Below are positions 42,792-53,996 of a stretch of 64,000 nucleotides of DNA, piece by piece; position 1 is the first letter of the stretch, and every line of letters starts with the position of its first letter. A program made the translations under genes and the position numbers. The notes under the pieces were generated by a model. The model was not told the DNA's origin and searched no databases. It was given only the letters and a program-made list of their open reading frames with translations. The stretch comes from Piromyces finnis finn (taxonomy: Eukaryota; Fungi; Neocallimastigomycota). The stretch is from contig MCFH01000004.1 in the NCBI GenBank assembly GCA_002104945.1, positions 372,001 to 436,000 on the forward strand. The letters are read 5' to 3'.

Positions 42792-43502
42792 TGTTAAGGA
42801 ACCAACAAATAATGTTATTCTTGTCATAATTAATGATTATGACCTAATCCATTCATTATTGTTCCTAAATGTATGAAAACTTTACAATATTCTTATTTGT
42901 AAATTAATGTATACACTTAAATTATATTTAAAATTATTAATAATTATTTTTTATTGAACTTAAATTTTATTTTATTAAACTTAAAAATTAATTTAGTAAT
43001 AATAATATATTGAAAATTATAGTTTATTGAACTTTTAGTTTAATTTATCAAGTTAATGAATTTTTATTAATTAAAATTATGAATAATATTTCTGTAAAAT
43101 AGTAAAATTTTTTTAGTTAAATATATTTAAAGTAAACTTTTAATGTATGTTAATCAATTTAATAATATGTATAAATATTTATTATAATAGTAATGTAATT
43201 TTATTATTCATTTAAAAGTAATTTAAATACTAAAATTATGTAAATAATTAAAGACTAATTCTTTTAATTAACACTACTTAATTTTTTACAAAAAGTATAA
43301 AAAGGTGTATATTATAAGAATTAGAGAATATACAGATATTTTTATTTTTTTTTTTATTTTATTTTATAAATTTATATTAATATCTTAATAAAACAATTTT
43401 ATTAATAAAACAATTTTTCTTATTTCATTTTAATATTATTTTTGAGTATTAATAAATTTATTAATATTTTATAAATAAAAGTAAATTCCTCGAACCGTAA
43501 CA
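42792..43502 (+). repeat. 5' LTR (711 bp)
   Basis: tgttaaggaacc...aaccgtaaca; matches 49980-50690. Confidence 0.97.
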
Positions 43503-43509
43503 TAAAAAT

Positions 43510-43528
43510 TGGTGGAGATATCGAGGAA
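43510..43528 (+). promoter_or_regulatory. Primer-binding site, probably tRNA-Ala
   Basis: TGGTGGAGATATCGAGGAA starts 7 nt after the 5' LTR. TGGTGGAGAT is complementary to the ...AUCUCCACCA 3' end typical of eukaryotic tRNA-Ala. Confidence 0.7.
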
Positions 43529-45031
43529 TAATATTAATAAAAATTATTAATACATAGGATAAAGTAATATTAAAATATTACTAAAATATTATATAAATTT
43601 CTTAAAAATTTATTACCCTTCAAAGTTATAGGTAATATTTATATTACTGTTGAAGCTTTAAGGTATAATATTTTAGTAGAACTGAATTAGTACGCTTTAG
43701 AAGCAGTACTTATTTAGGAATTAGTGGTTAAGTTTTTAGGTCTAGTTTATCTTTCACAGTAGGATACTGGAAAGCGCTGAACCTTTCTATTTTGCTAGAG
43801 AAATAGAAGTGCCTCGCATAATTGCTACATGACACTGGTAATACGGTAAGCTGGGCAATTGTGAACTACTTAAGCACCCTAAATAAGTATTGGAAAATTG
43901 CTGTGAAATGCTGTTCTACTATACTTATTATTGTAATTCAAATTTTTAATAAATTAAATATTATTTTAGTATTTATAATTTTTTAAAAAAAAAAAAAATA
44001 TTTTTTTTTAATTGAACGATTTTTAAAAATTATTCTTTTTAAAATATAAATAAATAATTCGAAAGTGACCCTTAGCGTGGCAAGTTAAACTGCTGTACGT
44101 AATACTTTGGTGTTCAATTATATCTGATAATTGGGGAAGATAATCAATTATTTTCTTTCCGCTAATTAAGTTAGTGATAATAAAGAAATTAATTACGTTA
44201 CTTCCTTTTATTAAATTATATTTAATATTAACCATCGGGTATATTTGTGGCTTATCATCAAAGAGCTACGAGGGATTTTCACTTAGAATTACACAACCTA
44301 TAATACTTGATGGTTTAACATTATATAGGTTGGCTTATATTTTTATAAAAAGAAATAAGTTTTTAAAAAAATAATTAATTAAAAAAAAAAAAAAAAAATA
44401 TAGATATATATATCTATTCTTTTTGTTGATTCTCTTCGAGTAATTTAATATTGCTAATTGAAATATTCTTTTCTTACTGTTTTAAGTTAAACAAGTTATA
44501 TCAGCATAGACAAGCATTATTAACTAATCAACAGAGGTATACTAGGGGTGGTAGAAAGATCCTGAAGCACGTGACGGAACTTAGATCGTGTGAATAAGGT
44601 GACGGCAACATTTACCATTGGACGAAAGACTCTTAGTTAATAGTCTATTATTATATAATTTGGTCGGTAACTTGAATCAGTAATAACAATATTAAATTAA
44701 AATTCTTGCTAGTAAATTGAAAACAAATAATAATTAACTATAAGAAAAACAGAAAACAAAAGTAATAATTTCATCTTTTCTGACTGAACTAAGATAGTAA
44801 GGAGTGATACTAAAAATTTAAATAAATAATTGGTAGTACGTGCTGTGCTAGATTATTTGTATCTCATTCTGTCAAGTGGTCGATAAAGGAATTTCGAGCT
44901 TGGTTACAACTAATAAGTGGTCGATAAAGGAATTTCGAACTTATAATTTTTTTAGACTATCAAAGGTATTTTTGAGTCTATACTGTGTCATCTTGTACTG
45001 CAATAAATTCGGTCAAGGAAAATACAAGAAA

Positions 45032-45913
45032 ATGAGCAATTCTACTACAAGGATAGATTTCAAGGAATTGAAGAAGGAACTCAAGGATATAGAAAAACTT
45101 TCCAAAGATAATTTGGACATAAGATCCTGGGCTTCTGAAATAAGTTTGTGGATTGAACTTCAAGATATCACTAGTGCCAAGAAAATTTACATGGCATGTG
45201 TGCTTACTTCTAAGGGTGAACCAAGAAAGGTAATCCAAGAGTTGGAAGATAAAGACAGTGATAGTGAAGATGAATATGAAAGTGAAAATGAAGAAGAGAA
45301 TCAGAAAAATGAATCTAATGAAGAAGATTATCCCTCACTTGGGAAAATTATCAATGCCCTTGAAACATTTTATGGGTTAAAAGAAGATCAAAGTATGTTA
45401 TTACGGGAACTAAGAAGACTACGTATAAGAAGAAATGAATCAGTTAAAGATTTCAATAGAAGATATAGATCTTTATATTTAAAGTTGGATAAGAAAAAGA
45501 AGAAGCAGATTAGTGTGTTAGATTATGCAGATTCTTTACAAAATAATAAAGAAGCATGGAGAAAAGTATCTTTAAAAGATGATATCACTCTAGAAAAGGC
45601 CTTTAAGATAGCTGAGAAGGTAGATAGGTTATCTACTAGAATAGATAATGATGGTAATCTACCAACGACTACTGCAATAACCAAAAGTTATAATAATTTT
45701 CAACCATACAAGAGAAAAGTTTCTTTTACTGAAGCCAAAAAGCCTAATAAAGATGATGAAATGAATAACCTAGTCAAGAAAATGAAGAATTTAACTATTA
45801 AAGCTTGCTTCTTCTGTAGTGAACCTGGTCATTATCAACAAAATTGCCCAAAACTTCAAGCCATTATTGAAGGAAACAAGAAGCGTTATTATGATAATCA
45901 TTTAAATCATTAA
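45032..45913 (+). CDS. gag: Retrotransposon Gag with CCHC zinc knuckle
   Basis: The first in-frame ATG is at 45032 (the ORF track begins at a GTG at 44876). The sequence includes the capsid-like motif LRRLRIRRNESVKDFNRRY and the knuckle CFFCSEPGHYQQNC. Confidence 0.9.
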   Translation: MSNSTTRIDFKELKKELKDIEKLSKDNLDIRSWASEISLWIELQDITSAKKIYMACVLTSKGEPRKVIQELEDKDSDSEDEYESENEEENQKNESNEEDYPSLGKIINALETFYGLKEDQSMLLRELRRLRIRRNESVKDFNRRYRSLYLKLDKKKKKQISVLDYADSLQNNKEAWRKVSLKDDITLEKAFKIAEKVDRLSTRIDNDGNLPTTTAITKSYNNFQPYKRKVSFTEAKKPNKDDEMNNLVKKMKNLTIKACFFCSEPGHYQQNCPKLQAIIEGNKKRYYDNHLNH

Positions 45914-48900
45914 GTGGGAGAAGAAGCACTCCCATCGTCAATAAAATAGCTTCAGCTCAGTATCAGTCAATGCCAAGTGAAGAAACAACAAGCCAGAGTG
46001 ATTGGTCGAAAGAAGAATATGATGAAGGAATCGAAAGTGACTTTGAAGATACTGATATTAATGAACAGTTCTTTGTATGTGCTAATAAAAGGAAGTTGGA
46101 TAAAATAAGCAAAGAACAAGATGATAATAAAGAAAAACGACTTCACAAAAACTTGAAAAATGATCCTAGACCTATTCTTACACCTGCTCTTAGGAAACGT
46201 AAAGCACAAGAATTAGAAAATATACCAATAGATGTTTCTCCTAAGCAACTGCATCCTTCTATTATTGCTCAACCGAATATCAGAGAACAAAAACTAAAAG
46301 AAAGAAAACTTCGGGATAAAGAGCGTGCTAGTAGTAGTGAACAAAAGGAAGAAGAAAAGAATGAATTGGCAAGTTCTAAGGAAGATCCTATTATTATCGA
46401 CTATGATGAAGAAGAAATGTTATCTGCAATTACAGATAAGAAAGGTGCTAAGGTGGTAGAGAAAGATAACACAAGTGAATCAACCAAATCTACTTCTAAT
46501 TCAACTCAAAATAAATTAATGAAAGAGCAAAAGAAAGAAAAACCTGCAGAATCGAAAGTTAAGAAAACTGCTAGAAATATTCAAATGATAGCAGATACGG
46601 AAGAATATAATGTAGTTAAAGATCTTAACGAAACAAAATGCAATATTACTTTTGGTCAATTACTTAACTCGGCTCCAAAGTTACGAACGCAAGTGTCACA
46701 AGGTCTTAAACTGGAAAAGAACAACACAAAAATTGTGGGAGCTCTGGAGAATTTTAATGCTACTTCGGTATTAGTAAATAATGTAGATCATTCGTATGTA
46801 AGCAAAAGTAAAGAAGTATCAGAAGAAGATATCGCTATGGTAGATGCAACGGTTGATGGGGTACCAGGTAAATTATTAGTTGATTCCTGTAGCAACTTAA
46901 GTATTATAACAAAAAAATATTTAGATAAACTTCCCCATCAATATGAATCTATTGGATTGAGTTGTGGAAGAATACGTTTAGCTACTAAAAATGATGACTA
47001 TTCGGAAGGCATAATTATTAGAGTACCGGTCCAGATAAATGATCTTACAATCACTGCTGATTTTAGAGTGGTGGATAAAGAAGACCCCTTTTATGATATG
47101 TTAATTAATTTGAAAACCCAAATGGATAACAACTTATTTATCCACCCACTTCGCTATAGTCTTTGCAGATTTAATTCAAATGGATTTATTGAAGATATTG
47201 CTCCAATTAATAACAAATATGATGATGAAGAAAAGATTATGTGTATGATACGTAGAGTCGGTGATGAAGATTTTAAAAGTGATTTGAAAAATATTGAAGG
47301 TTTACCACCTTCAGAATATATTCACAATAAAAATTTTACTGAGACTCTTAATGAAAAGTATCGAGAACAAATTGTTCGGATATTGGAAGAGAATATTGAA
47401 ATTATTGCTACTTCTTCTGAAGAACTAACACCTTCGAATTTAACTCCCCATAAGATTAATTTAAAGCCAGGAGCAAAGCCAATTAAACAAAGATCATATA
47501 GGTTAGCCAAGTTCAAATCTGATATACTTAAGGAAGAATTGTCTAAATTGATTAATAAAAAGCTAATTGAGCCATCGTACTCGGAATGGTCTTCTCCGGT
47601 GGTTTTGGTCCCGAAGCATAATGGGAAATGGAGAATGTGCGTGGACTATCGAAGAGTTAATGATTTGTCTGAAAAGGATGCCTATTCAATTCCTTTTATA
47701 GATGAGATATTTGATAGTTTACATGGTGCAACTATATTCACTACTATGGACTTATATTCCGGCTATCATCAAATCCTTATGGATGAAGAAAGCGTTGAAT
47801 TGACAAGTTTTACAACTAAGTTTGGAAATTACCAATTCAAGGTTATGCCTTTTGGTCTCACTGGAGCACCCGCTACATTTCAGAGGGAGATGAATCGGAT
47901 TCTGTTTCCGTTAATTGGAAAGTGTGTTTATAACTTCATTGATGATATTCTGATCTATTCAAAGAGTATTGAAGAACATATTGAACATATAAATCAAGTT
48001 TTAGCAATTTTCCGGGAAAACAAACTAAAAATCAATATTGAAAAATGTCATTTTATGCAAACTGAAGTTGACGTGTTAGGCCATCGTTTAACTACAGAAG
48101 GTCTTAAACCATTAGATAACAAAATCCAAGCTATAAAAAATTGGAAACCTCCTTCGAATATCCATGAATTAAGATCATTCCTAGGTTCAATTGGATATTA
48201 TAGAGATTTTATTCCTAATTATGCTAAACTTACTGCTCCCTTGTGTAAGCTGCTTAGAAAAGGTGTTCCTTTCAAATGGTGTAATGAACAACAAGAGAGT
48301 TTTATTATATTGAAAGAAAAGTTAATTAATGCGCCTATTCTGAAATTCCCTGATTTTGAGAAAGAATTTATAATCCGAACAGATGCATCGTATGAAGGAA
48401 TCGGAGGAGTATTATTACAAAAGGAAGGCACAGATATTGAACATCCAATTCATTATATTAGCCGAAGTCTGACGAAAGCAGAAAAAAATTATGGAATTAC
48501 TGACTTGGAAGGGACTGCCTTATTTTACTGCATTACTAAATTAAAGCCTTATATAATGGGAAGTCCATTCAAGACTATCGTCTATACTGATCATAAACCA
48601 TTAATTGGATTATTTAAAAATAAGGAGCCAAACAATGCAAGACAAACAAGATGGTGTTTAACAGCTAGTATGCTAGGAGTTGATATTCGTTATGAACAAG
48701 GTAAAAAGAATGTTGTAGCAGATGCACTGTCTCGAATGAGAAATGACAAAGATAAGGAAGTGTTAGCTACTAAAATTAATAAAGGTATAGAAGAAACCAT
48801 GCTATCTAAGGTAATTAAAGAATTTGTTGAAGAAAAGTTCACCAAAATAGATGGGGTGGATTACTTTATTGATGGAAGGAATTATCGAAAACTGATCACG

Positions 48901-49956
48901 GAAACCAATGAAAAGCTGAAATTGATTTTGGAAGCTCATAACATTGGACATGAAGGATATTATAAAACTTATCAACGTCTGAGAAAAAGCTATTATTGGA
49001 ACGACATGGTTAATGATATTCGAAGAGTTGTAGCCAAATGTGAAAAATGCCAACTTAATCGCCCTCAACCATATCCAGAACCTACGGAAAATCTTCCAAC
49101 TGAGGTTGAAGCTCCTTTCACTCATCTGGGTTTAGATATCATTGGTCCATTGGTAAAAACTCGTAACAATAACCAATATATTATAGTTGCAGTGGATCAT
49201 TTCACAAAATGGGTCGAAGCAGAACCCACCGAAAATATCACTTCAAAGGATGTCATAAAATTTTTAATCAATGTTTTCTCTCGGCATGGAGTACCACAAG
49301 TCATTACAACCGATAACGGTGTCCAATTTACCTCAGATATGACCAAAGTTTTCCTGGACTTATATGATGTCTATGTCAAGTTTGTCTCAACTTATCATCC
49401 TGAAAGTAATGGTTTGACTGAAAATAGAAACAAAGAAATTGGAAAGCTTCTAAGACTGCTTGGAAAAGAAAACAAGGATTGGGATGAAATTTTGCCTTCT
49501 GCTCTTTGGGCGCTCAGAACTACTAAAAATACTGTCACAAACCATTCTAGTTTTGAATTGGTTTATGGAAGAGAAGATCAGCAACCCTTTGATATTGCCG
49601 CCAGACCTACTAAGGGTATTAATCAGTCTTCGGATGAAATCTTACTTGAGAAGTTTATTAATCATTACAGGTGGACGTTGGAAGCTTGTGAAAATATTAA
49701 AAATGCGAATAAATACTGGGCTACTAGAAGGGAAGAAAAACAAAGTATGACTAAGGGCAAAAATATCCATATCGGTGATCTAGTATTAGTTAGAAATTTT
49801 AATCGAACGAAGTTAGAGCCTTATTTCGTTGGACCACTCAAAGTTGTCAAGAAACAATTCAATACTGTTACTTTAGCTGATATATCCACTGGAATTCAGA
49901 TGAACCGAAATGTTCATCTTAAGAATATTGTAAAGTTTAACTCTGCTTTTGCGTAA
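45898..49956 (+). CDS. pol: Retrotransposon Pol (aspartic protease, RT, RNase H, integrase), expressed by frameshift
   Basis: Protease LLVDSCSNLSII; RT MPFGLTGAPATFQR and FIDDILIYS; RNase H IIRTDASYEGIGGVL; integrase H-x3-H...CEKC, GLDIIGP, TDNGVQF, ESNGLTE and a GPY/F-like motif PYFVGPLKV. There are no internal stops. Confidence 0.97.
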   Translation, partial: SFKSLSGRRSTPIVNKIASAQYQSMPSEETTSQSDWSKEEYDEGIESDFEDTDINEQFFVCANKRKLDKISKEQDDNKEKRLHKNLKNDPRPILTPALRKRKAQELENIPIDVSPKQLHPSIIAQPNIREQKLKERKLRDKERASSSEQKEEEKNELASSKEDPIIIDYDEEEMLSAITDKKGAKVVEKDNTSESTKSTSNSTQNKLMKEQKKEKPAESKVKKTARNIQMIADTEEYNVVKDLNETKCNITFGQLLNSAPKLRTQVSQGLKLEKNNTKIVGALENFNATSVLVNNVDHSYVSKSKEVSEEDIAMVDATVDGVPGKLLVDSCSNLSIITKKYLDKLPHQYESIGLSCGRIRLATKNDDYSEGIIIRVPVQINDLTITADFRVVDKEDPFYDMLINLKTQMDNNLFIHPLRYSLCRFNSNGFIEDIAPINNKYDDEEKIMCMIRRVGDEDFKSDLKNIEGLPPSEYIHNKNFTETLNEKYREQIVRILEENIEIIATSSEELTPSNLTPHKINLKPGAKPIKQRSYRLAKFKSDILKEELSKLINKKLIEPSYSEWSSPVVLVPKHNGKWRMCVDYRRVNDLSEKDAYSIPFIDEIFDSLHGATIFTTMDLYSGYHQILMDEESVELTSFTTKFGNYQFKVMPFGLTGAPATFQREMNRILFPLIGKCVYNFIDDILIYSKSIEEHIEHINQVLAIFRENKLKINIEKCHFMQTEVDVLGHRLTTEGLKPLDNKIQAIKNWKPPSNIHELRSFLGSIGYYRDFIPNYAKLTAPLCKLLRKGVPFKWCNEQQESFIILKEKLINAPILKFPDFEKEFIIRTDASYEGIGGVLLQKEGTDIEHPIHYISRSLTKAEKNYGITDLEGTALFYCITKLKPYIMGSPFKTIVYTDHKPLIGLFKNKEPNNARQTRWCLTASMLGVDIRYEQGKKNVVADALSRMRNDKDKEVLATKINKGIEETMLSKVIKEFVEEKFTKIDGVDYFIDGRNYRKLITETNEKLKLILEAHNIGHEGYYKTYQRLRKSYYWNDMVNDIRRVVAKCEKCQLNRPQPYPEPTENLPTEVEAPFTHLGLDIIGPLVKTRNNNQYIIVAVDHFTKWVEAEPTENITSKDVIKFLINVFSRHGVPQVITTDNGVQFTSDMTKVFLDLYDVYVKFVSTYHPESNGLTENRNKEIGKLLRLLGKENKDWDEILPSALWALRTTKNTVTNHSSFELVYGREDQQPFDIAARPTKGINQSSDEILLEKFINHYRWTLEACENIKNANKYWATRREEKQSMTKGKNIHIGDLVLVRNFNRTKLEPYFVGPLKVVKKQFNTVTLADISTGIQMNRNVHLKNIVKFNSAFA
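45901..45953 (+). promoter_or_regulatory. -1 programmed ribosomal frameshift signal (slippery heptamer + H-type pseudoknot)
   Basis: T TTA AAT lies at 45901-45907 in the gag frame, followed by a 6-nt spacer. Stem 1 is gtgggag/ctcccat (45914-20/45929-35) and stem 2 is gaagc/gcttc (45923-27/45949-53). The pol frame is -1 and is open from 45898. Confidence 0.85.
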
Positions 49957-49967
49957 GCAAGAGTCTT

Positions 49968-49979
49968 CGTGGGGGCACT
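49968..49979 (+). promoter_or_regulatory. Probable short polypurine tract
   Basis: A GGGGG core (49971-49975) sits just before the 3' LTR. It is shorter and less purine-pure than usual. Confidence 0.45.
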
Positions 49980-50690
49980 TGTTAAGGAACCAACAAATAA
50001 TGTTATTCTTGTCATAATTAATGATTATGACCTAATCCATTCATTATTGTTCCTAAATGTATGAAAACTTTACAATATTCTTATTTGTAAATTAATGTAT
50101 ACACTTAAATTATATTTAAAATTATTAATAATTATTTTTTATTGAACTTAAATTTTATTTTATTAAACTTAAAAATTAATTTAGTAATAATAATATATTG
50201 AAAATTATAGTTTATTGAACTTTTAGTTTAATTTATCAAGTTAATGAATTTTTATTAATTAAAATTATGAATAATATTTCTGTAAAATAGTAAAATTTTT
50301 TTAGTTAAATATATTTAAAGTAAACTTTTAATGTATGTTAATCAATTTAATAATATGTATAAATATTTATTATAATAGTAATGTAATTTTATTATTCATT
50401 TAAAAGTAATTTAAATACTAAAATTATGTAAATAATTAAAGACTAATTCTTTTAATTAACACTACTTAATTTTTTACAAAAAGTATAAAAAGGTGTATAT
50501 TATAAGAATTAGAGAATATACAGATATTTTTATTTTTTTTTTTATTTTATTTTATAAATTTATATTAATATCTTAATAAAACAATTTTATTAATAAAACA
50601 ATTTTTCTTATTTCATTTTAATATTATTTTTGAGTATTAATAAATTTATTAATATTTTATAAATAAAAGTAAATTCCTCGAACCGTAACA
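49980..50690 (+). repeat. 3' LTR (711 bp)
   Basis: Same length as the 5' LTR and, by eye, the same sequence. Confidence 0.97.
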
Positions 50691-52763
50691 AGCATGTTCC
50701 TGTCAAATAATAAAACATATAAATTTTATATTACATATACTTTCATTATTATTATTATTGATTAATAATAATAATGTAATTATCACTAAAATAAAACTAA
50801 TATTATTAATATCTATTATTATTTCTATTAGCATAATTATAAAAACTATGTTATACTATCTATCTATATAATTATTCTTAATCTATTTTTCTATTACTAT
50901 AATAAGCATAAATATATATTTCTAGTGGTCAGAATCCACATTTTTCATTTGTATAATATAATAATAATAATTAGCATATATTACAAATGAATAAAAATAT
51001 ATATAATAAAAGATTCCAACCAAATAAAACAATAATACATATAATTTTATAATATTTAACTCTTTGATAAATATCATAACAGTTAAAGTATTATAATATT
51101 TTATTATTATATTATTATTAAAATTAGAATATATATTATTAAATAGTATTTATCTTACTATTAGTTTTATTAGCAATCTATTATGCTTATTTTCAATTGT
51201 TTTACTAATTTTTACTATTAATTATAAAAAACCTAATCTATTTATTCTATTATTTATTTATTCTATTATTTATTTATTTATTTATTCTATTATTTATTTA
51301 TTTATTTATTTATTAAACCTATTTTCCATTTTTAACTTAATTTATTGACTATTGACTAAATATTATTTTTATTGCTTTTTTCATATTAATAATTATTACA
51401 TATTAACTTTATCAAAGGGCTATTATACTTATAATAATTTAAAAAAAAAAGTGTTTTTGGTTATTGTAAATATTAATTAGTAATATATTTATTATAAGTA
51501 TTAATCATTGACATACCCATATAATCATATTTTTAGCTTAATTTATTTTGATATTTCAGCCTTATTAGCAAATCTTATACACTTTCTGTAATTTTATTCG
51601 GTATATATGTATATATATACTTTTATATATTTATATTTATCTTCTTCAGTTTCTTTTCTTCTGTCCAAAACGACCTAAAAAAATAATATGCTTAATAATA
51701 ATATTACAATAAGTATTATAAAAGATAATGTATAATAAAATAATATTTCCTCCTTATAAAGTTTAATTTTAATTTCTCTTTCTTATTAATATGAATATTT
51801 AATTATAGTTTTTCATTTTAATGAAAATAGGTGTTTATATATTATTTTTTTTTTTTTATTTAACCACTTGTATAAATTAGTCAAGTAAAAATAAAGAACA
51901 AAAAAGTATGATTATATTATTATAAATTGTGTTATTTTATTTATTTTAGTATCTTTTCAAGCACTAAAAAATGTGGTCTAACAAAAATTTTAATTAAAAC
52001 AAAAAAGTGATCTATCACATGTATTATAATATTTATATATACCACAATCTAAGATAAAAAAAAAAAAGAGGATATTCTTAGTAAATTCTATATGGAAATA
52101 AATAAATAAAAACTCTTTCTTTTTAAGATGACTTTAAAAAGAACTTTTTTATGAAATAATATATTTATGTGTCTTATTGTTGTGTTGTTTAAATGCTATT
52201 TAATTAAATATCTTGTTAATATTCTGTATTTTATATTATTGAAAAAAGCGGATTAACCAATAATTAATAAAGCACTCAACTTTTATCAAAACATTATAGA
52301 AATATTTAAACAATTATAAAGCTAAAATTACAATATATATTATTATTACATAAAATATATAGTTAATCATTATTGTTAATATAGAATTTCTTTATCATTT
52401 TAAAGTATCTATTACAAAAGTCCAGTTTAATACTATAAACATTTTAAAATTAATAAATGACTTTTATTAATTAATAAATTTATATGAAAAAAAAATTTAT
52501 TAATTAAAAATAGTTCTATAAAAATAATTATTTATAAAAATATATTTTCTTCTTTTTTTAAAAAAAAATAATAATATTGAAATAACAAGAAGATATTAAA
52601 AGTGAGAATCTTTTTATTTTTGTTTTTATTTTCGCTTTTCCTATTTTAATAAAATATATATATTAAAAAAAAAATAAAATAATTGTAAAGTTTTTTCTTA
52701 TCTAAATAATATTTATTTTTATAATATTAATTCATCTTATTTCTTTTATCAATAGTAATCATA

Positions 52764-52791
52764 ATGGCTACAAACAGAATTATAAAGGTAT

Positions 52792-52823
<32 letters not shown>

Positions 52824-53996
52824 TCTCGAATAAATATAATAAAAATAGGAATTATTAATATTATATATTTTATTTTTATAAATATATAAAATTCATTAAA
52901 ATATATATATATTTTAGGAATATATGCAATTACAAAAACAACCAGTCAATTCAGTTACCATTGCTCCACGTGAAGATAATCTTTATCTTTGGGAAGGAAA
53001 ATTAATGGGACCGGTAATTAATATTTTTAAATATGAATAATTATTCAAGTAATAAATAAATAATAAGATTAAACTAAAATTTATAAAATATATATTATAT
53101 ATACTTCGATACCTTCATTATTACTATTAATCAAATATATTAAACCTTTTTTTTTTTTTAAAAAAAAAAGGCTGAAAGGTAAATTTTAATATAAAACAAT
53201 ATAAAAATAATATTTTAACTTATCCTTATATATATGTTTTTTTTTTTTGTTTGTTTGTTTTTTTGTTTTTTTAAAAAAAAAATATTATAATTTAATAGTC
53301 CTTTTAAAGGTGGTGTTTTTAACATTGAAATTACTTTCCCACAAGAATACCCATTCAAACCTCCAATTGTAAAAATCTTAATATTTTTATACTAAATACT
53401 TTTAGATATTCAAAAAGGATATTGAAAACTAATAATTTCAAATAATTATTGATAAAAAATAAATATACAGTTAAAGGTTACTACTAAAATATATCACCCA
53501 AACATCGATGATGATGGATCCATTTGCATGAGTATTTTAAAATCTGATAGTAAGTTCTTATTTAAATTATTTTCTGTAAAAAAAAGAAATCAGAAGTATT
53601 AACAATATCTTGTATTTATATATTATAATATAAAATAGTTTGGAAGCCAACTATTAAAATAACGCAAGGTAAAAAAAATAATTATAAAATATTAGTTATT
53701 AGTATTAATAATATCAATGATACTTATTTATGTATTATGTAATTATATCATTAGTATTAGAAGCTTTAATCAATTTAATTAATGAACCTAATCCAGCTGA
53801 TGCTCTTCGACCAAACATTGGTCATGAATATAGTACTAATTACAAAGAATATGTTGAAAATGCAAAGGTAAAATATATATTATATATTAAATAAATATAT
53901 AAATAGAAATAAATTTTTAATATTTTAATTTTTTTTTTTTTTCTTTTATAATTTAAACATAAACAGAGATACGTTAATATGTATGCAAAGCAATAA
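52764..53996 (+). CDS. Ubiquitin-conjugating enzyme E2 (UBC4/5-like), 8 exons
   Basis: The spliced product reads MATNRIIK-EYMQLQKQP...DNLYLWEGKLMGP-AES-PFKGGVFNIEITFPQEYPFKPPI-LKVTTKIYHPNIDDDGSICMSILKSD-IWKPTIKITQ-VLEALINLINEPNPADALR...-RYVNMYAKQ*. The HPN motif and catalytic Cys are present. This gene is absent from the ORF track because its exons are short. Confidence 0.93.

Larger units (their letters stand above)
42792..50690 (+). mobile_element. Full-length Ty3/gypsy (Metaviridae) LTR retrotransposon, no chromodomain
   Basis: Two 711-bp LTRs with TGTTA...TAACA ends and a 4-bp TSD AGCA (42788-42791, 50691-50694). It has a PBS, gag, and pol in the order PR-RT-RH-IN. Confidence 0.97.

Noticed and set aside
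47935-47946. RT motif FIDD instead of YxDD as a sign of inactivity
   Set aside because: FIDDILIYS is a common variant in Ty3/gypsy reverse transcriptases.
50700-52700. Possible small gene or element relic on the minus strand (GC-richer patches near 50925, 51560 and 51650)
   Set aside because: I could not build a consistent spliced frame or recognise any motif.
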